Positions 1 to 13,316 of a DNA stretch of 64,000 nucleotides are shown here, in pieces. A program made the translations under genes and the position numbers. The notes under the pieces are model-generated. The model saw only the letters and a list, made by a program, of their open reading frames with translations. It searched no databases and was not told where the DNA came from. How positions within the stretch are numbered: the first letter of the stretch is position 1; every line of letters begins with the position of its first letter. This DNA comes from Euprymna scolopes (lineage: Eukaryota): assembly GCA_053919585.1 (NCBI GenBank), contig CM132825.1, one strand, 5' to 3'.

Positions 1-283
1 TTTGCAAGACATACAAACTCACACACACACATTTTGCCTTTTATATATTAGATGATCCTTAATTTCCTGGTCATTGTAGCCTTTTAGTGCAAATTAATTT
101 AGGTACTGAGACCACCAAATTATCACTTTGTAAATAAGATAGGTGGAATTCTGGGATTTTTTTCTGAATACAAAGGGAAAAAAAAAAAAACAAAAACAAT
201 GTATGTATCATGCAAAATAAGTATCCTCACCATTCATGGGCATATGCGAACACACACGCCCATTTAGCCCTTTATATAATAGA

Positions 284-520
284 CCAGCGGAAGTACCTGG
301 CATTGCCCAGGTGTTTGGAGGTGTGTGTCAAACACTAACAAAAAAAGTGTTAGTAGGTGGGCAGGCTCGAACCTGTGATACGTGTTGCCTGGGTGTTTGA
401 AGAAGAAAATAGTGTTAGTAGGCAGGCAAGTTCGAGCCCATGGTGCAAAGGCAGAAAAGAAAGTGAAAGAAAATGTGTGAACATATACAGCTATCCTATG
501 AAGCCATAGGAAATGGAAAG
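284..520 (-). mobile_element. Helitron 3' end related to family A, abutting the 5' end of another Helitron (~230-283)
   Basis: cctggcattgcccagg hairpin and gtttggagg..ggcaggctcgaacc as in family A; the inner boundary is uncertain. Confidence 0.55.
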
Positions 521-1560
521 CGTTAAAATTTAGTAATGTCAATCAACATGTTGACTTGCTAAGTAAACGCAGAAATGAACGTTGGTTGAAGGCCAGTTCA
601 GCTTGCCGCTGTTTCATTTATTCATTTCCCCCACGATGTTGGGGGAAACCAGCTCCCTTCCAAGAAGGGGGAGCTTTCTAAATGAATAGCAATTGTTGAT
701 ATGAAAGGTTTTCCCCACATTGATCAAAGCTAACTGCTTTTCTGGAGGTCCTGGCCGACAAGGCTGGCAAATGACGTTCGCTGCTATTAGTTTTGCTTTT
801 ATACGAAAAATACAGACAAACATGTGAGAAGATGGAATAGGAATAGCGTGAATTTTATAAAAGTCAATCAAAATAAATTTAGAGATGACGTCCCTTCGCA
901 AATTGTAGATATTATAATCTAGGGAGTATGTAAAAAGTTTTAAAACATAGAAAAAATAAAATTTCAGGTGCGGAATCAGTTTCGCTTATGAATTTATGTG
1001 CCACTAGTATTTTAAGACAGTTAATCTTTTCTCATCATCATTATTATTATTATTAGAGATAAAGTCGGCTGGGTAGCTTCCCATTCTGACATAGGGTTGT
1101 GAAGAATCAGTGCATGCTTTTTTTGAGTGTGTGATTTTTCAACATTAAAACTGACTTTGTGTCTAATTCTGCTCTTATGGGGGATGGAATTGCTAAGATT
1201 TAAAAGAATAATAAAAATGTTTTTAGGTTTTTTTTTTTAAATCAGATTTTTAATCTTTGCTAACTACGACCTTGGTAAACAAAATAGACATTCCAGAAAA
1301 ACGAACGGATTGATATTAAAAAAATTAATTATATATATATAGTAAATTTACAATTAGTTTTATTTTTAAATAAAACGTGGGGTGTGTGTGTATATTTAAA
1401 TGTTTCTATATTAAAAAAAAAAAATGAAATGTTTTGTTTTTACATATCTATCATTTTAAAAAAACAATTATATCCTTAATTTATCAGGGTTTTTTTTTTG
1501 GGTTTTTTTTTAATTCCTATTTACTTGCTTCCGCTTCCTCATGAGGATTTAGTATATAAG

Positions 1561-2141
1561 TCAGCTAACATACTTCCTAGCTTCCAGTGTGTCTGCTACT
1601 GGAAGTGGTGACAAGGAAAATCAGTTCCTTCACTTTTATTGTTCTTCAGAATTTTTATTGTGAAGCGATTTATTGAAATAAAATATAAGAAAAAGATATT
1701 GAAAAATAATACAATAACAAAATTATAAAAATAATTATTTTTTATTTGAACTTTAAATTACAAAATTAAAAAATATAATTTTTCATTCTATTTGAAATTT
1801 TATAAGAAACATGCTTATGAAATTATAAAAAAATAATTTTTTAAAATTTATATGTTTCTAATTGCAATAATTCTTAATTAAAATTTTTGAAAAATTTTTG
1901 AAAGTGTTTTCAACAACTCTTTAAAAAAAACAAAAACTTAATTTTAGTAATTTTTTTTAAATAAGACCAAAAAAACTTGAAATAAAAGAAAAAATCATCG
2001 GAAAAACATTTAAAAAAAAAAAAAAAAAAAAAAGTACATGCACAGGAGAGATATATGTATATAGAAAAATATGAAGGAACTAATTAGCCTCGTCACTGCT
2101 TCTAGCAGCAAGCATCAAAAGTTAGGAAGTACATTAGCCGA
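1561..2141. mobile_element. Fold-back MITE with ~70-bp TIRs (second copy 60809-61288, inverted)
   Basis: tcagctaacatacttcctagcttcc.. / ..gttaggaagtacattagccga. Confidence 0.7.
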
Positions 2142-2757
2142 GTGTTACCGAGAATGCAAATTCACTAAGCATTTAAAGTGAAGTTAATATAATTTTGCTA
2201 GGACCTTATTGAATTCAACAAGACATCATTTCTGCACCATGTAAAAATTATCAAACATTTATATCCATAAAAATAATTTTGGAACTATTATCTATATGAA
2301 CATTAATTCTATATACAGTAGAACCCTGGGATACAGCATTAATTCGTTCCATGGTTGAAGTCGTAAGGTGAAATGGCCATAGATGAGGTCCAAGAAAAAT
2401 TTTATACAGTACATATAGAAAATTAGTAATAAAAATATAGTACAGCATATAATACATATGTATATAAGCAAATAATTATTATGGTACAGCAGACCCCCCC
2501 CCCGGGGGGGGGGGGGGATATGCCATTAAAAATTAGTAACAAAATACAGTACAATATATAATTCATATGTATATAATCAAATAACATAGATAACACCATA
2601 AGGCCGAGCAAATACTGTAACCAGGGACAGGAAAAACTTTGTATTCCCCATCGTAACTTGCAAAAAAATGTGTCCAGGGGCCATCGTATATATGTGTGTG
2701 TGTTTTTTTTTTGTTTTTTTTTTTTTTTGTTTTTTTTTCACATACATACACACACAC

Positions 2758-3085
2758 TTACTAAACAGTTGTTTTATGGTGAGCTCCTCCTTGGCAAAAG
2801 CCCAAAAAACGTTTTTGGAATAGCATCAAGAAGAGTTTGGTGAGCTTTCATGTCTCTGTTGACCGTTGGGAGTCCTTAGTATCTGATCGCAAGCAGTAGA
2901 GAGTACTGATATACAGAGGTGCAGAACATTTTGAAGTAGCCAAGATAGACCGAGCAAAGCTCAAGAAATTATGTAGGAAACACTAAACCTTGCCACCCAA
3001 TCCTGGAAATCTATGAACCTGCAAGGTGTGTGACTGGGTTCTGTTGTTCAAGGCGGGTCTTGATAATGTGGAAGCGCACAATGAT
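2758..3085 (+). mobile_element. RTE/BovB-type LINE 3' fragment
   Basis: L(T)KQLFYGELLLGK.P.. and a terminal CKVCD....KAGL zinc-finger-like remnant. Confidence 0.65.
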
Positions 3086-3313
3086 AAGCAGACAAGGTAG
3101 AAATTAAAAAAAATAAATAAATAAACAATAAGTCCCGTTGCTCTTGGTTTCAAAGTTTGTTTGGTTTTTTTTACTTGGGAGTAAAAATATATATACAATT
3201 CTTTTTCATCCATTATCCATCCAATTATCATACAAAGAGGGTGTAGCTCATTAGGTGTGAAAGTTCTCTGATTTTTAATGAAAAGATGTTATTGCCTTTT
3301 AAATGCTACGGTT

Positions 3314-3430
3314 ACATAGGGCATAATCATGTTGACACACCAGTTATTGTTAAATCGCAGAAGTTAAGTGACGTTGAGCCTGGTCATTTCTAGATGGGTG
3401 ACTATATAGAAATATTGTATGCTCTATGTA
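3314..3430 (+). mobile_element. Degenerate 5S rRNA-derived head (SINE3-like), interrupted by the U2-headed element; appears to resume at ~3643-3680
   Basis: gttgacacacc..gaagttaag.gacgttgagcctgg..agatgggtgac..gctctatgta is colinear with 5S rRNA and with the copy at 57547-57670. Confidence 0.7.
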
Positions 3431-3627
3431 CCTATTTACTATGCCTCCCCACGGGACAGAGTTAGACACCAGAGTCGTTTTTTAACGCGGAGAAAAGGTA
3501 CAAAAATAAAAATTGTCTCAGTCGTGAAGGATTTCTCCTCCACCGAAAGAGAACATGAAATAGAAGTGCAGCATCTGAAGAACAAATACTACACTTTGAT
3601 CTTGTCCCGAAGGCCAAGAACCGTGTG
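3431..3627 (-). mobile_element. U2 snRNA-headed retroposed element (SINEU-like or variant-U2 retrocopy), copy 1, apparently full length
   Basis: The minus strand reads GGTTCTTGGCCTTCGGGACAAGATCAAAGTGTAGTATTTGTTCTT (U2 5' end) followed by a body shared with the copies at 18037 and 24540; flanked by a 15-bp direct repeat tgtatgctctatgta (3416-3430, 3628-3642). Confidence 0.85.
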
Positions 3628-4719
3628 TGTATGCTCTATGTAGGAGGGCATCAACACCTCCCTGCAAGAACTTTAGAGACCTAACATCTCCTGTAATTGA
3701 GGTATACATGCAACCGGGGACAACTTGTGAATTTAATATTCCCTTGACATTTCCACCTTTGGAGAAAATGTTTTCATCTCCTCAGGTGAATACTGCTGCA
3801 GATATATAGTGTACACAGACAGTACTGTTTTGCCGTTTACAGTTCTCATGCCTTATCTATCTTATCTCAAAACGTCACCTTGTGTGATTTTTTTTTTTTT
3901 TTAATTAATAGGGGAAACATAATTTTTCATACAACCAGAACTACAATTAGGATCTCCATTTTTGTTTAAATTGGAAATATTTTCAAAATTTGCAACATTA
4001 CAAAATTCACGTTTCCTTCACCTGACTCTTTTTAAAAAGAATCCTTTAAGGATTTCACTTTCATTTTGATACGACCCTAACTGCGATGAGAATACCCATT
4101 ATTTTTTTGTCCAAATTTAAAAAAAATTTTCAAATTTTCATCTGCTTGCTATGGCCAAATAGTTCCTCTGCTGTGTGGATACCTTGGGAAAGGTAAAAGC
4201 TAAGAGAGTAAACCCTGACAAAAAAATCCGGTTTGAAGTCCCGATAGGTGGATCTTGAAGCATTGCAACACTTTTCTGGCAACTCCTGCAGCTGTTGCAG
4301 CTGTGCTGGCTCCAATTGCATTGGCTTGCCTTTCCGTCTGACTTTGTCTGCAATGTCGAGAAGGAGACTCTAGTAACTGGGCAAACCTAGGTCTTATCAT
4401 CCATACAGGCCTGCATCCAGAGAACCAACTCCAGCTTTGAATTGTATAATCATAGAAGATGTTGCAGTGCACCAGACTAGATGCAGAATGCTGTTGTCTT
4501 ATGAACAAAAGGTTGCTGTCATAAGATAACAAGTCTGCTATTCCTTTTCTTTTTAATGGTCTCCAGGTCATTTCATTTTCTGGATATGGCTGATCTTTGC
4601 TTGTCTTTTTGATGATGATTCTCTTATCGATAATTCTTTCTGTTCTCCCACATTTTCCTTCAAAATCTAATCACTCTTGATTCTGTAATTATTACACCAA
4701 AGAGGGTTGCTAGAATTCT

Positions 4720-5540
4720 TGCTGGTCTTGACCAATCTGAGGTTTTCAGTCCTGATTTGATTCCTGTTGTTGATTTCAAACATTGTGCACCTGAACTTTC
4801 TTCTATATATCCTCTCAAAATTTAATCTCTGTCTCAGTCTTGTTTTCCTTATTGGAAGGAATCCTCTGTTGTCCCTATCTTTAAAACTGCTGATGATTGA
4901 TCTGAGCCAGCTAAATATCGTTCTGTTAGTCTTCTCACTTGTTATTAGCAAAGTCTTTGAAGGGTTGGTCAAGAACAGGCTTGTTCATTTTCTTGAAGTC
5001 TGGGCTTAATGATGTTCGGTATGGCTTTCATGGTTTTTATTCAACAGCTGAGTTATTAACTGTTATAACTAAACAGATCTGTCAGTTTGGATGATTCAGA
5101 CGAGAGGTAGAGTCAATGTGCTTGATATTTCAACAGTGTGGGGCACCCTTCTACACTACATACATATCGAGGTTATGGTATTGGTAAAGTTCTTGATAGT
5201 GTTATGTCTTTTCTTTCTGATTGAAGCTTGAAAGTAAGTAGCTCTTGAGGGAGTATTTTCATTTTCTTTTCCTATCAAATCCAATGTTCCTCAGGGCTCG
5301 ATTCTATGTCCAACACTGTTTCTTCTTTATACGAATGACCTTCCAGAAAATGTTATTCAGAAAATTTACCATTTATGCTGATAACAGCACCCTTTATTAT
5401 GGTATTGCTTCTCACCCATCTTCCTCGGATCAGTTTAAATATGCAGTTGATCTAGAAGTTGATTTGGGCTATATTATGGATTGGAATAAGAAACGGCTTG
5501 TTTTGTTTAATCCTGTTAAGACTCACCTATTGTCCTTCAG
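4720..5540 (+). mobile_element. Degraded CR1-group LINE RT fragment
   Basis: KHCAPEL, WKESSVVPIFK, YRSVSLL..VISKVFE, VPQGSIL, IYADNST remnants. Confidence 0.75.
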
Positions 5541-5675
5541 TATTTTATTTTTATGTCAGGCATTCTTTTCTATTTTCTTTCACACTTTTTCCTTTTCTCT
5601 TTACAAAGTTTTTGTTGCATTTAATTTTATTAACAAATAAAGTACACTATTTATTTATTTATTTTTTTTTTTTAG

Positions 5676-5788
5676 GTACTCAAGGCCAACGCGGATCTGT
5701 GGGTCCTATCGACGATGGGGGTTGGAATACAGTAGCGTCCAAGCAAATACGGATACCATTCGATTCAAATAAATTACGTTTACCTAAG
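5676..5788 (+). CDS. eIF4G: eIF4G internal exon (linker after MIF4G): GTQGQRGSVGPIDDGGWNTVASKQIRIPFDSNKLRLPK
   Basis: poly-T/tag acceptor and AAG|gtaata donor; contains the eIF4G DDGGWNTV motif; phase 1 to 0. Upstream exons are not seen in the window. Confidence 0.9.
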
Positions 5789-5915
5789 GTAATATTTTTA
5801 TTCAAACTTATTATTTTTGATTTTTTATTATTTTTGATTTTTTATTATTTTTGTATTTTTTATATTTAATTAATGACTTCTGGTGTAATCTATCCAAAAC
5901 CTTTTCCTTCTTTAG

Positions 5916-6028
5916 CAACAAAAGATCGATAATGTTCAGCTTGGACCAGGTGGTGGTAATTGGGGACGTGGTAGCAGTGGTGGTGGCCTTAAAGGTTCGC
6001 AAGAATCTGAACGATCTCCTGGAAACCG
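5916..6028 (+). CDS. eIF4G: eIF4G internal exon: QQKIDNVQLGPGGGNWGRGSSGGGLKGSQESERSPGNR
   Basis: tttag acceptor and CG|gtaaaa donor; LGPGG..WGRGSSGG motif typical of metazoan eIF4G; phase 0 to 2. Confidence 0.9.
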
Positions 6029-6684
6029 GTAAAATACTCTTTTCTTTTTTCTTTTTCTTTTTTTTTTTTTTTACTTGGTAAAAATATTTATAAGCATACA
6101 TTTGATCTGTAAAAATCAAGATGCAATGATGTTGAATCTTATGTTTAGAATCCTGTATTCTAATTTTGATCAAAATCTATTACATCATTTTGAAAATATC
6201 TCTAATTTAAGGCTCAAGCTTAAGAGGTCTTAAAAAGAAATAGAAATTCAGGGAATCTTGCTTAATTATGTTAGATAGGTGATGGGCAATGCCAAAAAAT
6301 ATCGGACGTAGATATATACACAATGTACGCACGCAATGGCATAGATCACCAATTACCTAGCGATGACATCATTCCTATCAAGAGTTGCGGTTATGGAAGA
6401 AAATGACTTAAAATGAAAACAATAGGATGCCCTACATTTTAACCTGGATTGAAATTACTAAAAACGCAAAAGAAAAGATTAAATTCCGATTTGTGAAAAG
6501 AAAATAAAAGCCCAACAGGGAGTGAGGCACTCGACAACAATCAAGCAATGAAGACATTTCTGCACCGCGCACCTCGATGCCGACCACTCGTCATTTTACT
6601 GCTGTGTGTCGATTTGTCAATAAAGCTAAGTTGCTAATGTTATTCATGTCATATTGAAATTAACAGCATGTATTTTTTTCGCAC

Positions 6685-7589
6685 GCATTTCAATAAGTAT
6701 CCCGACTTTTTTCGTATGGACACTTTTGTTGGTAGTACACACATGAAACTCTACTCGCCTTCAAAGTAATCTCCTCCGGCTGCAATGCACTTGTTGTACC
6801 GTTCCAACAACTTCTGAAAGGCCCCATGGAAGTCCTCTTGTGTGAGAATGTCAATCACAGCGTCTTTAATCTCCTCAATTGAGAACCTCTAAGGTTTTCC
6901 CTGAGTTTACCAAATAAACAAGACTAAGAGAACAAAGTCTGGATTATAGTGAGGGTGAGTAACTGTCTTGATGTCTATCTTGATCGAATAATGTGATGAA
7001 GATGGAGTTAGTCTTGGGATGAAGTTCACAAATCTTCTGCATCTTCAATTTCTCGGGAATAATTGTGTGTACAGTTCCCACACTGACGTCAAATTGTGCA
7101 CTCATTGTCTCTATAGACACAAGACGGTTCTTATCCATGATATTCTATATTTGACCAATCGACTCTGGTGTTCTGACTTCCTTGCTCCTCCTACATCCCT
7201 CATCATCCCTCACAGACTCCCTACCTTACTTGAATCTCTTATGCCACTCAAAAACTGATGCTCGATTCATGCAAGATTATCCAAAAGCAGTTTGAAGCAT
7301 TCTTCTGTGGCATTTTTTTTCCATGTTTAAAACAAAATTTTATTGTATATCGTTCTTCTAAAGTATCCTCATGTCCAGATTATATTTTTGAAATTCACCA
7401 GCTGTGACTATCAGGCTTTAGTAGGGTGTATTCCAACTCCTGCTCTAGCTGTTCATTTAAACCTGAAATCATATAAATTGGGCAGTCATCTCATACGATG
7501 TATATCAATAACATACTGAATTTTTAAGAATCTCCAATGATTTTAAATGCTTGTACAAAAGAGTCTGGAAACTTATTGAAGGCACCTCG
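6685..7589 (-). mobile_element. Internally deleted mariner (Tc1/mariner) transposon
   Basis: TIRs ttcaataagtatcccgacttttt / agtctggaaacttattgaaggcacctcg|ta; the minus-strand remnant RLVSIETMSAQFDVSVGTVHTII.EKLKMQKIC is a mariner HTH. Confidence 0.85.
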
Positions 7590-7852
7590 TAACAATTAGT
7601 TTCAAATGACTATGAATCAAATTTAATGTAAATTTGAAATATTTTAGTTTTGAAGAGAAAGTTTGTTTGGTTATCATGCACGGCTTTACATTATTTATTT
7701 TTTTTATCATCCAGGGCTCATTACTGAGTGAAAGATGTCTTTTCAACCATTATTATTATTTTAAATAAAACAAGCAAGGTCAAATTATTCAAACAATAAA
7801 GTGTTTAATAAAACCTTATACTGTAGAACTTCGGAATACCATGGCCATAGGA

Positions 7853-7896
<44 letters not shown>

Positions 7897-8670
7897 GTTA
7901 CAATGTGGAATACAATGTTTTTCCAGGTTATGGTATTTGCCCCGCCTTACGGTGTTATTTATAATGTTATTCGATTACATACATGTTTATTATATACTGT
8001 ACTAGCATTTTGTTACTAATTTTTAATGTCATATCCGGGTGTTCTGCTGTATTCTTATTTTTTTTTAAATGAAGACTGTTAAAAAAAAACATCTGATGAA
8101 TTTCAAATATTCATACTTTTTAAGTCTCAACAGAAAATTTGGTGCATATTTACAATTACACTTATTAAAAAGAAAAATCTTTGATGTACGTACTCATCAC
8201 GGAACAAAGATGTCATATTCCAAAAATCATATGAGTTTGGCTAGTAACTTTTCTACTTGGCTAGTAAACAAGAATATTTAGTTACCAAAGATCAACTAAA
8301 GATAAATTTGTCCGTAGAGCCCTGTCGTGGTTATTGATATGTCAACAGAATTGCAAGTAACTTCCTATAAGGAATTCAAATTTTTATCAAATTCCATCTC
8401 AGGGTCAGGTTTTCAAATGGGAGGTTGTGCTCTTTTAAATAAATCAAAGAGACTGAAACTTTGAAATTATTTATTGATGCCTATTAAATTTTCACAAATG
8501 ATTTCCAGGCCCTCTTTACTCCCTTTTGCATAAAACCAAATATTGCCCACATTGCATTGTTTAGCTGAGTTGTGTTCCAAAATTCATAATGATTGGTTAA
8601 TTTGGATTAATAGGACTGCAGTTCTCATCTTGAGTGTTATTTTCACGTTGGTATATATTTCACGTTGGTT

Positions 8671-8711
<41 letters not shown>

Positions 8712-8716
<5 letters not shown>

Positions 8717-9073
8717 AATGGGAATTTGAAAACTTTGAAGCGTCGAATATAATGATAAAATCATGTTTATTTACTGATCTCCCCCCCCCCCCCCATTTAA
8801 TTTTTACTGTGTGTGACCATCTTTTACTTTAAATCCCGCTCGAAACTGGAGCATTGTACACTTTAAATCACCGGAACAACGTAAATTCTTTTCTCTTCGC
8901 CATAACACCAAAATAAAGAAGAAGAAAGAAAAAAAATTTCACAAACCAGACTTTCGACCTTGATGAGGCTATGTATTAGCGAAATATCGGACTTACAAAA
9001 AAAAAAATCAGTAAATAAAAATGATTTTATTATTATATGCAACACTTCAAAGTTTTCAAATTCCCATTTAAAT
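8712..9073. mobile_element. MITE with ~65-bp TIRs inserted in a (TA)n tract
   Basis: atttaaatgggaatttgaaaactttgaag / cttcaaagttttcaaattcccatttaaat. Confidence 0.75.
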
Positions 9074-9365
9074 TATATATATATATATATATATATATAA
9101 TACACCAAATTCCTGACACGTGCTTTACAGATACAGCATTATCAATAGAAAATGAGAGCATACCCCTCTCCCTTCCTGTAAGACCAAGTAAAACTTGGTT
9201 TAATTATGAATGCAGGATGGCTGCAAAAGGAATGCCGAGTGGCTCAAGAAAATCTCAAAAGAAAACCTGTTTCTTATTTAGAATTTGACTTAATTAAAAA
9301 AACAAATACAGAAAAAGATTTATGATTTATGGACTCATTACAAAAATCCAAAAATCATATAGCAG

Positions 9366-9398
<33 letters not shown>

Positions 9399-9399
<1 letters not shown>

Positions 9400-9845
9400 T
9401 AGCCTGAATGCCCAGCGTTGCCCAAATGTTTGGAGGCATGTGTTAAGAGGAAAAAAAAAAAATGGTAGTAGCAAGCGGGCTCTCAAACCCGTACCGCGAA
9501 GTGGGAAAAGAATGTGAAAAGGAAAAAAATGTGATATCTTCGTTGTTGCCCCCATCACCAAACCGGAAATGACAAAGGTTTAAATTAAGGCTAGTCAATT
9601 GAAAAGAGGGATGACTTTCGAAAATATCAGTGGAAAAAAAACGACCCCTCCTTGTAGGGAAGTGCCCACTTAAGGGTGAAGGAATTAATATTTTTATCCA
9701 ATTTTTCGATATTTGTCATCTGAAGGGTGTAGTTTCAAAACTATACTGATATCGTGAAAATCTGTCACCTCTGTCAAAAGTTTTAGGCAGATATACAAGT
9801 ATACATACATACATTTAAACAGGCAGGTGTGATTTATATTATAGA
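9399..9845 (-). mobile_element. Complete non-autonomous Helitron (family A)
   Basis: Minus strand: A|TCTATAATATAAA ... gggcaacgctgggc hairpin ... CTAG|T; no TSD, AT target. Confidence 0.85.
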
Positions 9846-10399
9846 TATATATAAAATCTGGTTTACAAGTTTTAGCAGTAAATTGTATCCATTACAAGGC
9901 TGATTTTAAACTTGGTAGTTTGAATTAAGTTGTCTCTCTCTTATTCATAAATAATGGTGGATCAAGAAATGTCTTCCTTCGTACTTAAAATTTTCTTTGT
10001 TAAAAAAAAGTAAAGTACTTGATCAATTTATATGATTTTTGGAATATGACATCTTCATTCCATGCTGGGTTTGTACACCATAAGTTTTTTTCATTAAATT
10101 GTAAATAAGAATCGAAAACCTTTGATAACTGTAATGTCCTACATCTGCCGACATTTATAAAGGTTAAAAGAAAAACATGGCATACCTAAAGATCAAAAAT
10201 TAATTTCAGTACAAAAACGGAACATGGTAAAGAAAAGGGGAGAGGACAGGGGTCAATACACTGCTAAAATATCTAGAACATAAAAATACAAAGCCACCAG
10301 AAAGAAATAGTAAACCTACAAGGAACTTTTGAAAAAAATAAAATAACTCTTAAAAATAAAATAAAATAAAAAGTAATGAATCAAAGAAAAAATAACACA

Positions 10400-10880
10400 T
10401 TAATTTCTAAACAAAAATTCCCCAAATCACTCCTTCATAACAAATGAACCGAAAGATTCTGTAGTGAAAACCTGTAACAAATCCATTGTCTCAAATGAAA
10501 GATACTACGAATTCCTGCGGACTCTTTCCTTCTTTCCTTATAAAATCGTATGTCTATCTTGTCCATCTATGACAATATATTATGGACAACAGGCAGCATT
10601 CGTAAATTATGAGAACAGAATATTATAATCATCATAGTTAAAATCTAAAACTTCTTTTCAGACCTAATAAGTTACAATCCAATTGCACTTAAAAGTTGTC
10701 TGCAAAATCATTGAAAGAATAGTGAATGGCGGATTGACATTTGATACATGGATAAAAAAGAAACTAATTACAAAACTACGATCTGGGTACAAAAAAAAAT
10801 CATGTATAATTGATAAGTCAGTAACTTTTATCTAAAATGCTTTCATTAAAGAAGGACAACACCTAATCACTATATTATTA
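10400..10880 (+). mobile_element. Highly degraded I/Ingi-group LINE RT fragment
   Basis: SYNPIALKSC..KIIERIVN..L resembles YRPISLTSCLCKLMERMVN.RL. Confidence 0.5.
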
Positions 10881-11104
10881 TTTGATATAGGGGAGGGAGG
10901 AGCATGTCAGCAGGAATGATTAGAAACTTAAATAAACCTTTGAAGTGAATCAATAAAATAAATAATATATGAATAATGCTACAGTTGCCACTTTAATTTT
11001 GAAGCCATAATTCGGGTTCATTTAAGCAAAATAATATAATCTCAGAATAAAAGACTTCCCCTTGCGGATGCAGTATAAACAAATTGGTGAAGTGCTAGTT
11101 CTAA

Positions 11105-11530
11105 TTGCGGCCTTAAAAGGTATCCAGTGATGAGAGAGACCCCCCCCCCTCCATTTGGGGTTGTGAAGAATGTAGAGTTGCCCTTAGTTACCATTGCTCC
11201 CAGGTATCACTTTTTACCGATTTGGTAATACCTGTTAGAGCATTTGGTGTTATCAGATCAGGTTGTCTACAGATACTGGCTTGCCAAACAAAAAATCCAC
11301 CAAACATTGATGTCATTTTTTTTTTTTTTTTTTACCCTTTGTAAAACTTAAATCATTTCTACAAAGTCAAAAACAAATCAATTTTCTTTCATAAAACAAA
11401 CCAAACTCTGTGAATAAATATTTGGAAATATAAAAAAACTTGAATCAAACTTTTTTCAAATATTACTGTATTCTGCACTATATAACCCAAAGAGGTTGAT
11501 GTGTCATAAAACAAAATAATTAAACCAAAC
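11105..11530 (+). mobile_element. Degraded SINE/MITE-like interspersed repeat (tail also at ~57175-57235, inverted)
   Basis: ccattgctcccagg..tggtaatacctgttag block and aaccca.agaggttgat.tg.cataaaac tail. Confidence 0.4.
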
Positions 11531-12194
11531 TAAAGTATTGTGCTACACACAGAGCCATCTGTTGGTCACCTAATAAACTAGTTTAGTAACAAGTTTCCTC
11601 ACTGTTTGTACCTGTATTTATGTTGAAAAAAAAGAGAAATGAATGCTAAAATAAATTTATTCTGATTTACATTTGAAGACAAAAAAAGGCAATTATCACT
11701 ATATTTTCAGTGATTCATGTACTTCAAAGGAAAGTTGAATTGTGCCATGGGAAAATATTAAAGTGGATTTTTTTTTTATTTTATTTTTTTATTAAAATTA
11801 TCAGTTTCGAGTTTATACATGTTGTAAACTGTTTTTAAATAAAAAAGCAATTTAAGTTTATAAAAGGCAGAACAATGCGAAGGTGTGACGCATGGACTCA
11901 AACTGGTGCAACTTAAGATATAGTGGTGAAACCAACTGTGCAGTTTCACTTTTATTGATCCAATTCATGTATGTCTGTATAGCCAGACATGTATAAGTGT
12001 TTTCCTTTATTTTTTTCTTCATCACAAGGTATATTGCCACTCAAGCATATTGCTCTGGAAGGGAAGTATTAGAGACTGAAAACAAGCATGTGGATCTCTA
12101 AATGGGAGTCGAGTTTAAGTAGGAAGAAATGAGTCCTCTGTGTGACACCTCCTAGATGTAACAATCTTACTTCATCTTTAGATGTATTTTATTT

Positions 12195-12422
12195 TTGGTC
12201 CCCCTACTATTTGTTTGTTCGCACTTTTCTCAATAACCATGCCTTGGATTTTTTTTTAATTTTGCACAAACATTAGTCATGGTAAAAGAAAATTTTTTGC
12301 CAGAGCGGATTTTGTGGGATAACTCTGGTTGCCCTCCTCCCCCTGGTGGGGGGGCATTATAGGGATAAAATTGTGCCCAAATCGTTCACTCATGAAGGAG
12401 GACCCTGCATGCTCGGCTTGTT
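12195..12422. mobile_element. Short HINE-like element (reverse complement of the 62122-62624 family)
   Basis: tttttggtcccc..gcactttttctcaataacca..ccctgcatgctcggcttgtt. Confidence 0.6.
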
Positions 12423-12877
12423 ATGTAAGTAAAGGAGCAGTAGAATGATCCAACCCTTCCATCAGTAACAGATCTGAGGTGAATGTCAGTTTTAGGTGGT
12501 TATCAAAACAGGATGCTTTTTGCAAGAGAAAGAGCATTCATTTCAAATTGTGGTGAAACAAGATTGTTTTCTCATTGCACCACAGTGCTCCAGATTTAAA
12601 GAAAATCGGTAAGATCTTAATCAACAATGCTCTTTGAAGTGTTGCCATATATGTGTCATCTGCATAAAAATATGAGCAAATTATCATTGTGAGTTAAAAG
12701 ATCAGGAAGACTATTGGGTCCAGAGTAGATCCGTAAAACATTGCTCCTAACAACCTCTGTATGTTATCTTTTTTGTTTTTTCTTTTTTTCATGGGTGCAG
12801 GGAGAAAGAAAAAAAAAAAAAAATGAAAGTTGAAGCCTCACCAATCTTAAAGTAATAGCATAATTCTTTTCCAACAG

Positions 12878-13066
12878 ATTCTCTGCATTAAGTGGACCAG
12901 CCGAAGAAGGTCGTGGACGTTATGGGCGAGGTGGTGTTAGTCCTGCTCGTGGAGATGTTATGACAAGACCATATTCATTTTCCTCAACTAACAACAGTAC
13001 AAGAGGAAAAATAATGTCGCGCTCATCACAAGAAGGAGACAAAGAAAGAATGATTGGACATTCAAG
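12878..13066 (+). CDS. eIF4G: eIF4G internal exon: (R)FSALSGPAEEGRGRYGRGGVSPARGDVMTRPYSFSSTNNSTRGKIMSRSSQEGDKERMIGHSR
   Basis: ccaacag acceptor and AG|gtatgg donor; splicing to the previous exon rebuilds the conserved NRFSAL motif; phase 2 to 2. Confidence 0.9.
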
Positions 13067-13080
13067 GTATGGCTTTTGAT

Positions 13081-13147
<67 letters not shown>

Positions 13148-13316
13148 AATTTTGATTCTTGATCAGGATTCCCCCCTATTAAAAATCTACACACACACAC
13201 ACACACACACAAATTTTGATTCTTGATCAGGATTCCCCCCTATTAAAAATCTGTATGATGAACTAAAAAAAAAAAAAAAAAAAAATCATCTAAACTGATC
13301 AGGTATTTTTATTAAA

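Noticed and set aside
3419-3643. Small repeated ORF (YASPRDRVRHQ..) also at 24519-24728
   Set aside because: It is the antisense reading of the U2-headed element; there is no independent coding evidence.
13122-13253. Exact ~45-bp duplication between (CA)n runs
   Set aside because: Most simply microsatellite slippage or an assembly artefact.
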